A stretch of DNA of 64,000 nucleotides from Gemmatimonadaceae bacterium (GCA_040901985.1 JBBDYC010000017.1:64001-128000); one strand, 5' to 3'. Positions 20,318-30,754 are shown, counted from the first letter of the stretch. Made by a program: numbers and translations. The notes: a model not told the origin generated them from the sequence alone.

Positions 20318-23300
20318 GGGCGCCGCTCCTTCCAGCGCTCCATCACCGTGTACGCCACCGGGAGGAGAAAGAACGTCACGACCTGCGCCGAGATCGCGCC
20401 GCCGATCACCGCCGCCGCCAGCGGCTGGTAGAGCGCGCCGCCACTCCCGATCCCGAACACCAGCGGCAGCACGCCGAAAATCGTCGTCAGGCTCGTCATC
20501 GTGATTGCGCGGAGCCGCTGCCGGCCGCCAAGCAGCACCGCGTCGTGCAGCGAGTGGCCGAGCGCACGGAAGCGGCGGATCGCGTCGAGCTTCACGACCG
20601 CCTCGTTGTCCGCCATCCCGATCATCACGACGATGCCGATCAACGACACCGCGTTGATGCTCTGCCCGGTGATCCAGAGCAAGGCGAAGCCGCCCGCCGC
20701 GGCGAGCGGCACAGTGATCATCACGACAAGCGGGATGGTGAACGACGCGAACTCGCCGGCAAGCACAAGAAAGACGAGGGCCACCGAGAGGAGCGCCACC
20801 AGCGCCAGCTGCTCGGTCGTCCGCCGCTGCTCGACGTCGGCACCGGTGATCGCCCAGGTCAGCCCGGCCGGCGGCGACAGCTCCTCGAGCTGCCGCGCCA
20901 CGTCGGACGATGCGCGCGACGTGCCGCCGCGCTCGATCAACCCCTCGACGATGCTCACCGGCCGCTGGTTCACCCGCACGACCTCGATCGGCGCCCGCAC
21001 CTCGCGCCAGGTCACGAGCTGGCTCAGCGGCACGCCATTCACCGGCGTCGCCAGCGCCACCTGCAGGTCCTCGTTCGCGTTCCCCGCGAAGCGGACGCGG
21101 ATCGGCGTCCGACGGTCGGTCTCGCGCAGCTCGCTGGCGTCCACCCCACCGAGGCCGCCCTGCAGCGCACGCAGCACGGTCTGCACCGGAATCCCCCGCT
21201 CGGCGAGCCGCGACCGCTCGAGCGCGACCTCCACCTGCGGCTGCGTCGTGCTGTAGGCATCACGCACGTCGCTCAACGTCGTGAGCGTGGCCAGCCGACG
21301 CCGCACCGAGTCCGCCCACTGCTGGCTCTCGGCGAGCGTGCGCGCGCTCACCTCCACCCGCACCAGCCGCCCCTCGCGACCGATCAGCGAGCCGAACTCC
21401 GACTGGCCCGCGAGGTCGAGGGCGAGCATCCCGCCGTCCGCGAGGTCGCTGACGCCCGAGCGCAACGCATTCGCGAAGCGTGCCGCGTCCATCCCGTCGG
21501 GTACCGGGACCAGCAGCTGCGCGGTCGCCGACGTGCCCGGCTCGGCGCCGGAGAGCACTTCCTCGTCGGTGGCGATCCCCACGCGCGAGTAGACGCCGCG
21601 CGAACCGAGCGCGCGCGCCGCCGCCTCGACGCGCCCCACCTGCCGCGCCGTCTCCTCGATCGCCGTGCCCTCGGGGAGCTGCAGCGCCGCGACGACCATC
21701 CCCTCGTCCACCTGCGGGAGGATCTCCTTGGGCATCCTCCAGAGCGCGACGACCATCACCGCCACCATCGCGAGACCGACGCCGAGCATCGCCGGCGGCC
21801 GGAGCAGCGCCCACTCCATCCCGCGCTCATAGACGTCGGCGCAGCGTTCGCCGAACGCGATCAGCCGCGTTTCCGCCGGCCCCGGCACACGCGGCGGCGC
21901 CGGCGCGCGCGCGGCGAACTTCCGACGGCCGACGATCATCACCGGCATCAGCGTGAGCGCCAACACGAGCGACCCCGCCACCGAGAGCACGACCGCGAGC
22001 GACAGGTCGCGGAAGAGCGCCGCCGCAAGTCCCTTCACGAAGATGATTGGCCCGAAGACCAGCAGCGTGGTGAGCGTGCCCGCGAGCAGCGGACCGGCCA
22101 CCTCATCGGTCGCCTCGATGGCCGCGTCGGCGAGCGGCAACCCGCCCTCGACCACCCGTCGCTCGGTCGCGTCGGCGACGACGATCGCGTTGTCCACCAG
22201 AAGGCCGACGCCCAGCGCGAGCCCGCCCAGCGAAAGCACGTTGACCGTCACGTCGAAGAGTTGCAGGAAGACCAGCGCAATCATCACCGAGAGCGGCAGG
22301 ATCACCGCAATCGCGAGGGACGAGCGCCAGTTCCGCAGGAACACAAGAATCATCAGCAGCGAGAGCATCCCGCCAAGGAAGATCTCCTGGCCAAGATTCG
22401 AGAGGGCAGCGACCACGAAGTCGGCCTGCGCGGCGACCACGTGCATCCGGATGTCGGGGAACTCGGCCTGCAGGAGCGCCACCACCGCCTGCATCCGCTC
22501 CGTCACCGCCACCGTGTTGGAGCCAGCGTCCTTGTAGACGACGAGCCCGACCGCCGCGCCGCCGTCGAGCCGTGTCATCGTCTGCGGATCGGCGATCGTT
22601 GACGTGATCGTCGCGATGTCACGCAGCCGCAGGTTCGCACCCGTCGGGCCCACCGGCGTCTCGGCGATCTCGTCGAGCGCGCGGAACTCGGTCAGCGCGC
22701 GCACCGAGAAGCGGAACTGTCCGCGACGGATCGTCCCGCCGGCGCCGTTGGCGTTCGCGGCCTGCACCGCCGTCGCCACCTGGTCCGTCGAGAGCCCGAG
22801 CGCGCGCATCCGCTCGGGGTCCACCGCGATGCGGATCTCGTCCTCTGGCGCGCCGACGACCGCCACGCTGGCCACGCCGGCGATCTGCTCGAGCCGCCGT
22901 GCGTGTACATCGAGCGCGGTCCGGCCGAGCAAGCGATGGTCGTTCAGGCCGGTCAGGCCGATCACCGCGATCGGCCGTTCGCCGGGATCGCTCGTCAGCA
23001 ACGTCGGGCGCGCCGCGCCTTCCGGCAGCCGTGCCCGCGCCTGGTCGAGCCGCTCGCGCACCGTGAGGATCGTCGTCGGCATCTCCGTCCCCCACGAAAA
23101 CCGCAGGGTGGTGACGGCCTCCCCGTTCCGGCTCACCGAGCGGAGCTCGACGATGCCCGGCGTCGCCGCCACCGCCGCCTCGATCGGCTCGGCGACGAAC
23201 CGCGACACTTCCTCGGCGGCCGCCCCGGGATACGTCGTCCGGATCGTCAGCACCGGGAGCGTCACGTCCGGCAGCAGCGTCACCGGGAGCCGGGTGAGCG

Positions 23301-23382
23301 AGACGCTCCCGAGGAGGACGATAGCCAGGGTCGCCGCCACCGTCGTCACGGGACGACGGACGGCAAAGGCGGTGATGGACAC
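20314..23382 (-). CDS. RND efflux permease, first subunit
   Basis: FAVRRPVT, SLGGLALGVGLLVDNAIVV and RLRAITMTSLTT. Confidence 0.95.
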   Translation of the reverse strand: MSITAFAVRRPVTTVAATLAIVLLGSVSLTRLPVTLLPDVTLPVLTIRTTYPGAAAEEVSRFVAEPIEAAVAATPGIVELRSVSRNGEAVTTLRFSWGTEMPTTILTVRERLDQARARLPEGAARPTLLTSDPGERPIAVIGLTGLNDHRLLGRTALDVHARRLEQIAGVASVAVVGAPEDEIRIAVDPERMRALGLSTDQVATAVQAANANGAGGTIRRGQFRFSVRALTEFRALDEIAETPVGPTGANLRLRDIATITSTIADPQTMTRLDGGAAVGLVVYKDAGSNTVAVTERMQAVVALLQAEFPDIRMHVVAAQADFVVAALSNLGQEIFLGGMLSLLMILVFLRNWRSSLAIAVILPLSVMIALVFLQLFDVTVNVLSLGGLALGVGLLVDNAIVVADATERRVVEGGLPLADAAIEATDEVAGPLLAGTLTTLLVFGPIIFVKGLAAALFRDLSLAVVLSVAGSLVLALTLMPVMIVGRRKFAARAPAPPRVPGPAETRLIAFGERCADVYERGMEWALLRPPAMLGVGLAMVAVMVVALWRMPKEILPQVDEGMVVAALQLPEGTAIEETARQVGRVEAAARALGSRGVYSRVGIATDEEVLSGAEPGTSATAQLLVPVPDGMDAARFANALRSGVSDLADGGMLALDLAGQSEFGSLIGREGRLVRVEVSARTLAESQQWADSVRRRLATLTTLSDVRDAYSTTQPQVEVALERSRLAERGIPVQTVLRALQGGLGGVDASELRETDRRTPIRVRFAGNANEDLQVALATPVNGVPLSQLVTWREVRAPIEVVRVNQRPVSIVEGLIERGGTSRASSDVARQLEELSPPAGLTWAITGADVEQRRTTEQLALVALLSVALVFLVLAGEFASFTIPLVVMITVPLAAAGGFALLWITGQSINAVSLIGIVVMIGMADNEAVVKLDAIRRFRALGHSLHDAVLLGGRQRLRAITMTSLTTIFGVLPLVFGIGSGGALYQPLAAAVIGGAISAQVVTFFLLPVAYTVMERWKERRP

Positions 23383-23405
23383 GGGGCGGTCGGCGGCGGT
23401 GGGCG

Positions 23406-24551
23406 TCAGTCCGGCGCGCCGGGCGACTGCTCACGCGCCGCCACCATCCGCACCGGCGCGTCGTGGATCAGCGTCAGGTGCCCCTCGACGATCACGCGAT
23501 CGCCCGGCTGCACCGGAATCACGCCGGAGACCGAGTCGGGAAGGATCTCCGTCTCCCGGCCGTTCGAGCGGCCGGGGAGGACGTAGGTCCACTGCGCGCG
23601 CCCATCGCGCACGACGAAGACGAGCGGGCGGCCGTCGCGCTCGATGATCGCGCGGCTCGGCACCAGCCGACGGCCGCTGAGGCGCTGTGCCTCGAGCCGT
23701 ACGTCGGCATACATCCCCGGACGGAGCGCGCCGCCGCCGGTCGCGCGCACGAAAACCCGTCCGGCGCGCGTCGTGCTGTCCACCAGGGGGAGGATCGCCT
23801 CGACCCGGCCGGCAATTGCCTGCCCCGGGATCGCCGCGCTCGTGATCACCGCCTCGCCACCGATCCTGATCAGCGGCAGGTCGTGCTCCAGCACCGCCGC
23901 CTCGACCCGGATGTTCGCGAGGTCCACCAGCGTCGCAATCTCCTGGCCGGCGTTCAGCCGATCGCCGACGACCGTGTTGATCCGGTCAATCGTCCCCGCG
24001 AAGGGCGCGATGATTCCCGCGCGCTCGCGCGCGAGCTTTGCCCGGTCAAGGCGGACGCGCGCCGCGGCGAGCCCGGAGCGAATCACAAAGGCGTCGAGCC
24101 GCGTCTGCGACGGCATCTTCCCCGTCGCCGCGGAGTCGGGACGATACAGGTCCTCGTACTGTTGCTGCGCCACCTGCAGCGCGACCTGCGCCTCGGCGAG
24201 GTCGAGGTCCAGCGGGCGCGGGTCGAGCTCCACGATTGCCTGGCCGCTGCGGACCCGGTCGCCGGGCCGGACCATCACCCGCGCCACCGTGCCGGCGACT
24301 TCTGAGCGGATCCGACCTTCGGAAGCGGAGCGGACTTGGCCCGTCGTGTTGACCGACAGCACGAGGTCGCCATCGGTCACCTCGGCGGCGACGACCGGGA
24401 GACTGATGTTCGAGGCCGTCGAGCCGCCTTCGTCGGCGGCCGACGAATCGGCCGCCGCGGCCGCCGCGTCGGCCGATCCCCCGAGCTTGCCGCACGAGGC
24501 CAGCGTGACGATGGCGATGACCAACGCGACTTTACGGCGGAAGGCCGGCAT
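23406..24551 (-). CDS. RND periplasmic adaptor (membrane fusion lipoprotein)
   Basis: Lipobox LASC, lipoyl-like SEVAGTV, APFAG and LRPGMYA. Confidence 0.93.
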   Translation of the reverse strand: MPAFRRKVALVIAIVTLASCGKLGGSADAAAAAADSSAADEGGSTASNISLPVVAAEVTDGDLVLSVNTTGQVRSASEGRIRSEVAGTVARVMVRPGDRVRSGQAIVELDPRPLDLDLAEAQVALQVAQQQYEDLYRPDSAATGKMPSQTRLDAFVIRSGLAAARVRLDRAKLARERAGIIAPFAGTIDRINTVVGDRLNAGQEIATLVDLANIRVEAAVLEHDLPLIRIGGEAVITSAAIPGQAIAGRVEAILPLVDSTTRAGRVFVRATGGGALRPGMYADVRLEAQRLSGRRLVPSRAIIERDGRPLVFVVRDGRAQWTYVLPGRSNGRETEILPDSVSGVIPVQPGDRVIVEGHLTLIHDAPVRMVAAREQSPGAPD

Positions 24552-24671
24552 CAGCAGAGGGGCGAGAGTAGTGGGATCAGCGTCAAGCGAGCGACCGACG
24601 GCACGGTTGAAGCTGTGCCCAGTTCGACCCACCGCGCCAGCGGATGGTTGCACGACGCGTGGCGGGCGCCC

Positions 24672-25829
24672 TCACCGGATGACCCGGAAGCGGGTCAGAA
24701 GCTGGCCACCGCTCTCTGCGTCGTGCACCGGCACGAGGAGTTCACCGTTCGGGAGGAGCCCCACGGGAAGCGCCATTCCGCGCACGGTGCCGGCGTACGC
24801 GCCGTCCGAGGCGAAGACGTCGACGATCTGCGGCCGCTCGTCGCGCCCCGAGCGCCGGACCCACATGGTGCCGTCGGACAGCAACGCGAGGCCGAAGACA
24901 AATGGCATCGTCTCAGCCAGCCCAGCGGTCATGAGAACCTCAATCGGAAACCCGCAGGTCGGCCCACCGGGGATCGCCAGCTTGAGTCCATCGGGATACA
25001 GACGCCGGACATCGTCGTCGGTCGGGGCACGCGTGGGAATCTCTCGCCGGATGCTCGCGATGAGGCGTGGCCCTTCGTACAGGCGCAAGTCGTATTGCGG
25101 TCCCACCGTGGCCAGCAGCCGAGGTCCGGAGGCCGTCCACCGGAGTTCGGGGCCAAAGAACGGCGGAAGTGAAATGGCCATGTCGCAGGCCCGCAGGATG
25201 ACGCCGCGCGGCTTCGCGGCACTCAAGAGTTGAACGCCCCCGACGGTGTCCGACATCAGGACCGTTCGGCGTCCTTCGGGAGTGAAGCTCGAAGTCTCAA
25301 CCCACGCGCCGCCGCTGCGGAACGCGATGTCTTCAACGCCCGTCAGTGCGCCGCGCAGTCCGAGATCGTTCAGTGGCTCGAGCGTCGGGCCCCACCGCAC
25401 CAGCGCGTTGCGCTGGTGGTCCAGGACCGCCAACGAATCCCCCTGCACCATGAGCGCGCCCGGATACTCCATCTCGCCTGGCGCCCCGCCCTTCCGGCCG
25501 ATGCTCCGCAAGTAGGCGCCGTCGCGCCCGAACTGCAGGACCGCCGGGTCGCCAACCAGCACGTACACCCGGCCCAGCCGATCTGTCACCACCCGCCGCG
25601 TGGTGAGACCCTCAAAAATGAACGGATCCCCGACCGAGTCGCGCAGCACGCCGACCGTATCAAAGCGCCAAGCCAACGTCGTGTCGGCACCCGTGGACGT
25701 AATGACTCGCACGCCAGCGGAATCCGTACGGACCACGCTTGATGCCGTCGCGTCGCCCGAACCGCAGGCGGCCAGCGCCGCCGCCGCCGCGAGCGCCGCA
25801 ATCCGCGTGATGTGGCCGATCTTCGCCAT
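24672..25829 (-). CDS. 6-bladed beta-propeller-type lipoprotein
   Basis: Lipobox LAAC, VVRTDSAGVRVI, IGRKGGAPGEM and VDVFASDG. Confidence 0.8.
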   Translation of the reverse strand: MAKIGHITRIAALAAAAALAACGSGDATASSVVRTDSAGVRVITSTGADTTLAWRFDTVGVLRDSVGDPFIFEGLTTRRVVTDRLGRVYVLVGDPAVLQFGRDGAYLRSIGRKGGAPGEMEYPGALMVQGDSLAVLDHQRNALVRWGPTLEPLNDLGLRGALTGVEDIAFRSGGAWVETSSFTPEGRRTVLMSDTVGGVQLLSAAKPRGVILRACDMAISLPPFFGPELRWTASGPRLLATVGPQYDLRLYEGPRLIASIRREIPTRAPTDDDVRRLYPDGLKLAIPGGPTCGFPIEVLMTAGLAETMPFVFGLALLSDGTMWVRRSGRDERPQIVDVFASDGAYAGTVRGMALPVGLLPNGELLVPVHDAESGGQLLTRFRVIR

Positions 25830-25840
25830 GGCGACCTCCA

Positions 25841-26956
25841 TCACGGCGTCCGAATCCGATACACCACGACGTACGGCAGATCGTCCTCGTCGCGCACAAT
25901 GGTCACGAGTCGGCCGCGCACAATGCGATACAGCGGGTAGAACTCCCAACGCCCGGGCGCCGCCACCACCGCGATGCGCCGCCCCGACGCGTCCCACACG
26001 TCGAACGCCAGGGTGCGGTCGGGGAGCTCGCGGCGCACCCAGACCCGCCCTTCGTCGTCACCCTCGATCCAATTGAGGGCACCGCGATCTCGCGGGACGC
26101 TCCCTCTGTCCCACGGCTCAAGCGCGCCCCCGGTGCTGGCCAGAAAAGTGTCCACCTCCGCAATCGCCGCGTCGCGCTCGGCGCGCGTGATCGGCACGCG
26201 AGGCGCGTCAAGGGCAAGCTGGCGATCGTGCCGCGTCGCGCCAACGGGAAACCGCCGGGGCTTGTACTCGTCGGAATTTGCACACCACAGCGCGCCTTCA
26301 CGTGAAAGTGTCAACACCAGGCGCGCCGCAAACGGAAACGAAGTGAATCCGCGCCGCGACGCGACCGAGCTCCGCGGCGGCGGGAGATCGCTGCAGGTGG
26401 TCGGCAGATCCACCGTGTCGGCGCTCGACAGGTCGGGCGCGTAGCGCGTCATCACCCGCACGCGCGAGTCGCCCCGCGTCACCGAGATCATATCGAGGAT
26501 CCGTCCCTGGGCATCCACCGTGCCGTCCCAGCGATACCCATACCCGTGCGAGGGGACGAGATACTGGCGGTCGAACGTGCCGTCCGCGGCAAACACCGTG
26601 AGCCGCTGATTGCGGTGGTCGCGCACCCACATCCGCCCGTCCGGTCCGAGTCGAATGCCGTTGGCGTTGGCAATCTCACCCGGCCCCGCGCCGCGTCGCG
26701 CCACCTCCTTCAGCGGCGCGCCATCTGGCGCGAACAACCGAATGGACTGCGTCTGTCCGTCAAGCACCCAAATCCTGCCATCGTACCCGAGCTGCACATC
26801 CACAATCTGATTGAACGACGCCAGCCCCTCGTCCTCACCGCCGACCCGCACGACTTCTTCCAGCGCCCACCGCGCCTGCGCGCCGAGCGGCGCGGCCAGC
26901 GCCGCCGCCAACACGCCACCCAAGACCGAGAGCTGTTCGACGCGACAAGCCATCAT
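25841..26956 (-). CDS. 6-bladed beta-propeller-type secreted protein
   Basis: Signal peptide, ARRGAGPGEI, FDVWDASG and RDEDDLPYV. Confidence 0.82.
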   Translation of the reverse strand: MMACRVEQLSVLGGVLAAALAAPLGAQARWALEEVVRVGGEDEGLASFNQIVDVQLGYDGRIWVLDGQTQSIRLFAPDGAPLKEVARRGAGPGEIANANGIRLGPDGRMWVRDHRNQRLTVFAADGTFDRQYLVPSHGYGYRWDGTVDAQGRILDMISVTRGDSRVRVMTRYAPDLSSADTVDLPTTCSDLPPPRSSVASRRGFTSFPFAARLVLTLSREGALWCANSDEYKPRRFPVGATRHDRQLALDAPRVPITRAERDAAIAEVDTFLASTGGALEPWDRGSVPRDRGALNWIEGDDEGRVWVRRELPDRTLAFDVWDASGRRIAVVAAPGRWEFYPLYRIVRGRLVTIVRDEDDLPYVVVYRIRTP

Positions 26957-27006
26957 CCTAGATGTCCCGGTGCGCGGGAGGCGTCAAGCCACTCGCCTCT
27001 CAAACT

Positions 27007-27141
27007 TCCCATCGTTTGCTTCTGCTGTGAACGCTCCAATAAAAAGGGTTTGGCGTGGCGTCCGCAACCAGCCTAGGGCATCACGGACGCCCCGCCAAAC
27101 CCAATCCGCACCGCGTTCATCGGCAGCAAGCGTCGTTATGT
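27007..27141 (-). other. Degenerate integron attC-like site
   Basis: Minus strand reads ACATAAC-5nt-TTGCTGCCGATGAACGC ... GCGTTCACAGCAGAA-6nt-GATGGGA, with two unpaired bases and an inner 19-bp stem. Confidence 0.65.
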
Positions 27142-27187
27142 TGCGCCTCGGCTTGCGAGCGCCTTGCCCCACCGCGAAGATTGCGGA

Positions 27188-27940
27188 ATGCGAACCCGAA
27201 TGCTTCTCGTGAGCTGGCTGGCGTACGCGCTGGTTGCCACGGCGCATGCACAGTCCATCCCAACGTGGCGTCTCAGCGAGGCGCCGACATTGCGGCTGGA
27301 GGAGGATGGGACGCCCGAACGCGAGTTCACGCGCATCATCGGCGCGTACCTCGTCGGAGACGACCGCATTGCCGTCGCGGAGAACGCCTCGAGCGAGGTA
27401 CGCATCTTCGAGCGCGATGGCCGATGGACGGGGAGCGCCGGACGACAAGGGTCAGGCCCCGGGGAGTTTCAATTCTTGCTCGCGGCATTCCGAGCGGGAG
27501 ATACGCTCTTCGCGTTCGATCCAATGCTTAAGCGCATCACCACGATTGTTAGCGGAGCGGAGCCGCTTGTGGCGTACGGGCTTACGCTGAACGCGCGAGG
27601 CGGGCGCTCCTTCGAAGTACGCGGGCGAACCGCCGATGGTCGATGGGTCGCGCAGTACGACGACGCGGCGGGTTGGGACGCCCCGCCCGGCGTCCATCGG
27701 TCGCGCGGCGGCGTGGGAGTCGTGCCAGCTGACGGAGCGGGCAGCGTGCAATGGCTCGCGGCGCTTCCGGGCATAGCCTCGTTCGTGCATAATCCGACGG
27801 GGAACATTCGCGCGGCACGTAGAGGTCCGATCGCGTTCACGCCACGGCTATACGTGGCGGGCTCGGGGCGAGCGCTTTGGTTCGGGGAGTCGAGCACGGC
27901 GGAACTCGTACGGTACGACGCTCAGTCTGGAGCTCGGCGG
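27188..27940 (+). pseudogene. Truncated 6-bladed beta-propeller-type secreted protein
   Basis: Signal peptide (AHAQ) and AGRQGSGPGEF; homology stops at the IS-like end at 27941 and the family C-terminal motif is missing. Confidence 0.8.
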
Positions 27941-27990
27941 GGATGTTGCTCCACTTTCGTTGACACCCTGAGTTCGGCCGCGCGGCGTTC

Positions 27991-29238
27991 TGACCTCATC
28001 CCGAAAAAGTTGGGCAGGTTGAAACTGGAGGAGGCAGGAGGCGAAGTTCAGCGGTCCACGCCGCCCCCGAGGGCAAGGACGGACCATGAAGGGATCGAGA
28101 TTCTCGGAAGAGCAGATCGCGTACGCGTTGCGCCAAGCCGAGGGCGGGACCCCTGTGCCGGATGTGTGCCGGCCGTTGGGCGTGAGCGAGGCGACGTTCT
28201 ACGTGTGGAAGAAGAAGTACGCGCACCTGGGCGCGAGCGAGTTGCGCCGGATGCGGCAACTGGAGGACGAGAACACGCGACTCAGGCGCGTCGTGGCCGA
28301 CCTCACGCTCGACAAGCACATACTCGCCGAGGCACTTCAAAAAAGGCTGAGGCCAGCGCAGCGTCGGGAGCTCGCCGGGTAGTTCATCGCCACGTTCGCG
28401 GTGGCAGTCCGGCGGGCCTGTGCGCTGGCCCAGTTCAGTCGGGCGGCCTAATACAAGAAGAGCACGGCGAAGGACCAGACGGCGCTGCGGATGCGGATTC
28501 GCGATCTGGCGCACGCGCGGCCACGCTTTGGCTACAACCGGATCTGGGCGATGCTGCGGCGTGAGGGGTGGCTGGTCAACCGGAAGCGTGTGCGGCGTCT
28601 GTATCGGCTCGAGGGCCTGCAGGTGCGGATGCGCGTGCGGCGGCGCAAGCACATCGCGCTCCACCGCGGCCCGGCGCCGGTGCCGCTCGGCCCCCGCGAG
28701 CGGTGGAGCATGGATTTCGTGCACGATGCGTTGGTCGATGGCCGGCAGTTTCGGATCCTTACCGTCGTGGATCAGTGGAGTCGCCAGAGTCCGATGCTGG
28801 AGGTGGCGTCCAGTATGTCAGGCCACGGCGTTGCCGAGGCGCTCAATCGTGCGATCGCGCGATCGCCGTCGGCGCGCCACTGCGCTCCATCACGGTCGAC
28901 CACGGCACGGAGTTCATGAGCCGCGCGCTCAAAGACTGGGCGTGGCGGCGCGGCGTGCAGCTCGAGTTCATCCGGCCAGGCAAGCCGGTCGAGAACGCGT
29001 ACATTGACTCGTTCAACGGCAAGCTGCGGGACGAGTGCCTGAACGCCAATCAGTTCCGCTCGCTCGACGGTGCGAAGGAGAAGATCGAAGCGCGCCGACG
29101 CGACTACAACGAGCACCGACCGCACTGCTCCCTCGGGCACCTGACCCCGAAGGAATTCGCCGAAACACGTCAGGCAGCGAGAGCCGCTGACGCCGCCTGA
29201 TTCCGGTTTAGACCTGTCTCTAAACGGGACCAAGGTCA
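27991..29238 (+). mobile_element. Degenerate IS3-family element (IS407-like)
   Basis: TGACCT...AGGTCA imperfect inverted ends; orfA HTH (RFSEEQI) and rve core (WSMDF, DHGTEF, NAYIDSFNG). Confidence 0.92.
28086..29200 (+). pseudogene. IS3 transposase orfAB pseudogene
   Basis: In-frame TAG and TAA between orfA and 28491; a further frameshift near 28860-28880. Confidence 0.88.
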
Positions 29239-29296
29239 AGCTGCGCAGGGCAGGCTAACCACGGTGTCCACGAGAGTGGGTGAACTCCATTTCCCG

Positions 29297-30394
29297 CTAC
29301 CGTGAGAGCGTCCAGACGACGTAGCGTTGCCATCGCTGGTAGAACTGTCCGGAGGGTAAGCGCCGCCAGAAGACGCCACTTGCCGCGAGGAGAGGGCCGG
29401 GTCCGCCGTTCGCCGCCGGTGCGAAGACTACCTCGCCACCCGCCTCCTCTTTGCCTCTCGCTGGATTCCAGAAGAGCCATCGCGCCTCTAGCAGTGTGGC
29501 TGCGCCGTCCAGCCGGAGTGTGCCGTCGAGCCCCGAGGCCCGGCGATTTCGCGCACAGAAGCGAAGAACTGTTGCGCCAGAGGGGCTGCTCGTGAAACGG
29601 AAGGTGTGCTGCGTCGCAAAGAGCTCGTCAACGAAGTGCCCCGCCAGTTCCGCGTACAACGCTGGATACGCCCAGAGGCCGAAATCATCACGCTGATGTA
29701 TGTCTCGGAGCGGATATACGTAGCCGAGGCGCGAAATACCGCTTCGAGCTGTTGCCATTCCCGCCGCGGTATACTCGCGTGACCCGGTCCCCAGCCGGTC
29801 GCGCGCGAAATCGGCGACGCCCGCCGCTGAAACGGTACCCACCGCCTGCTCGAAACGACTATGTCGGCCCTCCAGCGACGGGGTGAGATACTGCCTACTG
29901 GCCTGGGCCCAGCGCTCCCTTGCCGCCGGATCGTCCTGCTGCGGACAGGCCTGCGACACCGCCGTTACGGTGACTTCCGGCAGTGGCGCGGACACCGGTT
30001 CGAGAGTGACCTCAGTGACCCGGGCTTCCGCGACCGCCACCCGCGCGGGCAAAAAGCCGATGTGTCGCACCAGTACGGCCACGGCGCCTTGTGCTTCCAT
30101 ATCTCCGAAGACAGCGGTACCGCGTTCGTCCGTCAGCCGAGAGGCTAACAATGTGGTAGCAGACCACAGGTCTGCGCGCGCGCCCGCGAGAGCCCGACCC
30201 CCGTTCTCGCGAACTGTCACGCTCAACTGCGCCTCCGTGGTCGCAGCAAATGCTACGACAAGCCCGGTGAAGCTGATGAGGCGGCTAGCATGCGGCGCCA
30301 GCAATGAGAAAAGCACGGACGAGCCTCCGGTTGCGCAAACGTGGCCTGCTACCACAGCTGCTAAAATAAACGGCGCGAGCGTAACTCGCACCAA
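29297..30394 (-). CDS. Secreted protein with carboxypeptidase-regulatory-like N-terminal domain
   Basis: VRENGGRALAGA, TDERG, VRHIGF and LPEVTVTA pattern; start uncertain. Confidence 0.72.
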   Translation of the reverse strand: MVRVTLAPFILAAVVAGHVCATGGSSVLFSLLAPHASRLISFTGLVVAFAATTEAQLSVTVRENGGRALAGARADLWSATTLLASRLTDERGTAVFGDMEAQGAVAVLVRHIGFLPARVAVAEARVTEVTLEPVSAPLPEVTVTAVSQACPQQDDPAARERWAQASRQYLTPSLEGRHSRFEQAVGTVSAAGVADFARDRLGTGSREYTAAGMATARSGISRLGYVYPLRDIHQRDDFGLWAYPALYAELAGHFVDELFATQHTFRFTSSPSGATVLRFCARNRRASGLDGTLRLDGAATLLEARWLFWNPARGKEEAGGEVVFAPAANGGPGPLLAASGVFWRRLPSGQFYQRWQRYVVWTLSR

Positions 30395-30754
30395 TCGATG
30401 CGCCTACCGGACGCAGCAGTGCGACCGCACAGGCCCCAGCTGGACGCGCTGGCGGAATGAAGGCCAGGACGCGGCAAACATCAATCTCGGCCAAATGACC
30501 TAGCACGAGATTGAGCGAAAGTCGGCGACCTGGGTCGCCGCGTCGTCTTGAAGCAGCCGAGTTGGTGCGGGACAGTCATGTACTTCTGTGAAACGCCCTG
30601 GGCCATTCTGCCTAGGGCATGATTGGCGCACTTGCACTCCTAGGTGACAACGTCCATGGTTCCGGCGCGCTGGCGGAAGTCCCGCTGCCACGCTCAATCC
30701 GTTCGCGGCCGTCGCTCGCTTGCCGGACTGTGAACATCACCTTCGGAGGGCACC

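Larger units (their letters stand above)
27941..29289. mobile_element. Outer pair of IS3-like terminal repeats (relic)
   Basis: GGATGTTGCTCCACTTTCGTTGACACC (27941-27967) versus the reverse complement of 29263-29289, TGGAGTTCACCCACTCTCGTGGACACC. Confidence 0.65.

Noticed and set aside
27941..28564. C-terminal half of the 466-aa ORF 27164-28564 as a novel fusion
   Set aside because: Read-through into IS sequence in a non-transposase frame
30614..30636. Possible sigma54 promoter upstream of the peptide gene
   Set aside because: TGGC and TTGC are wrongly spaced, and the alternative GG-N10-GC match is poor
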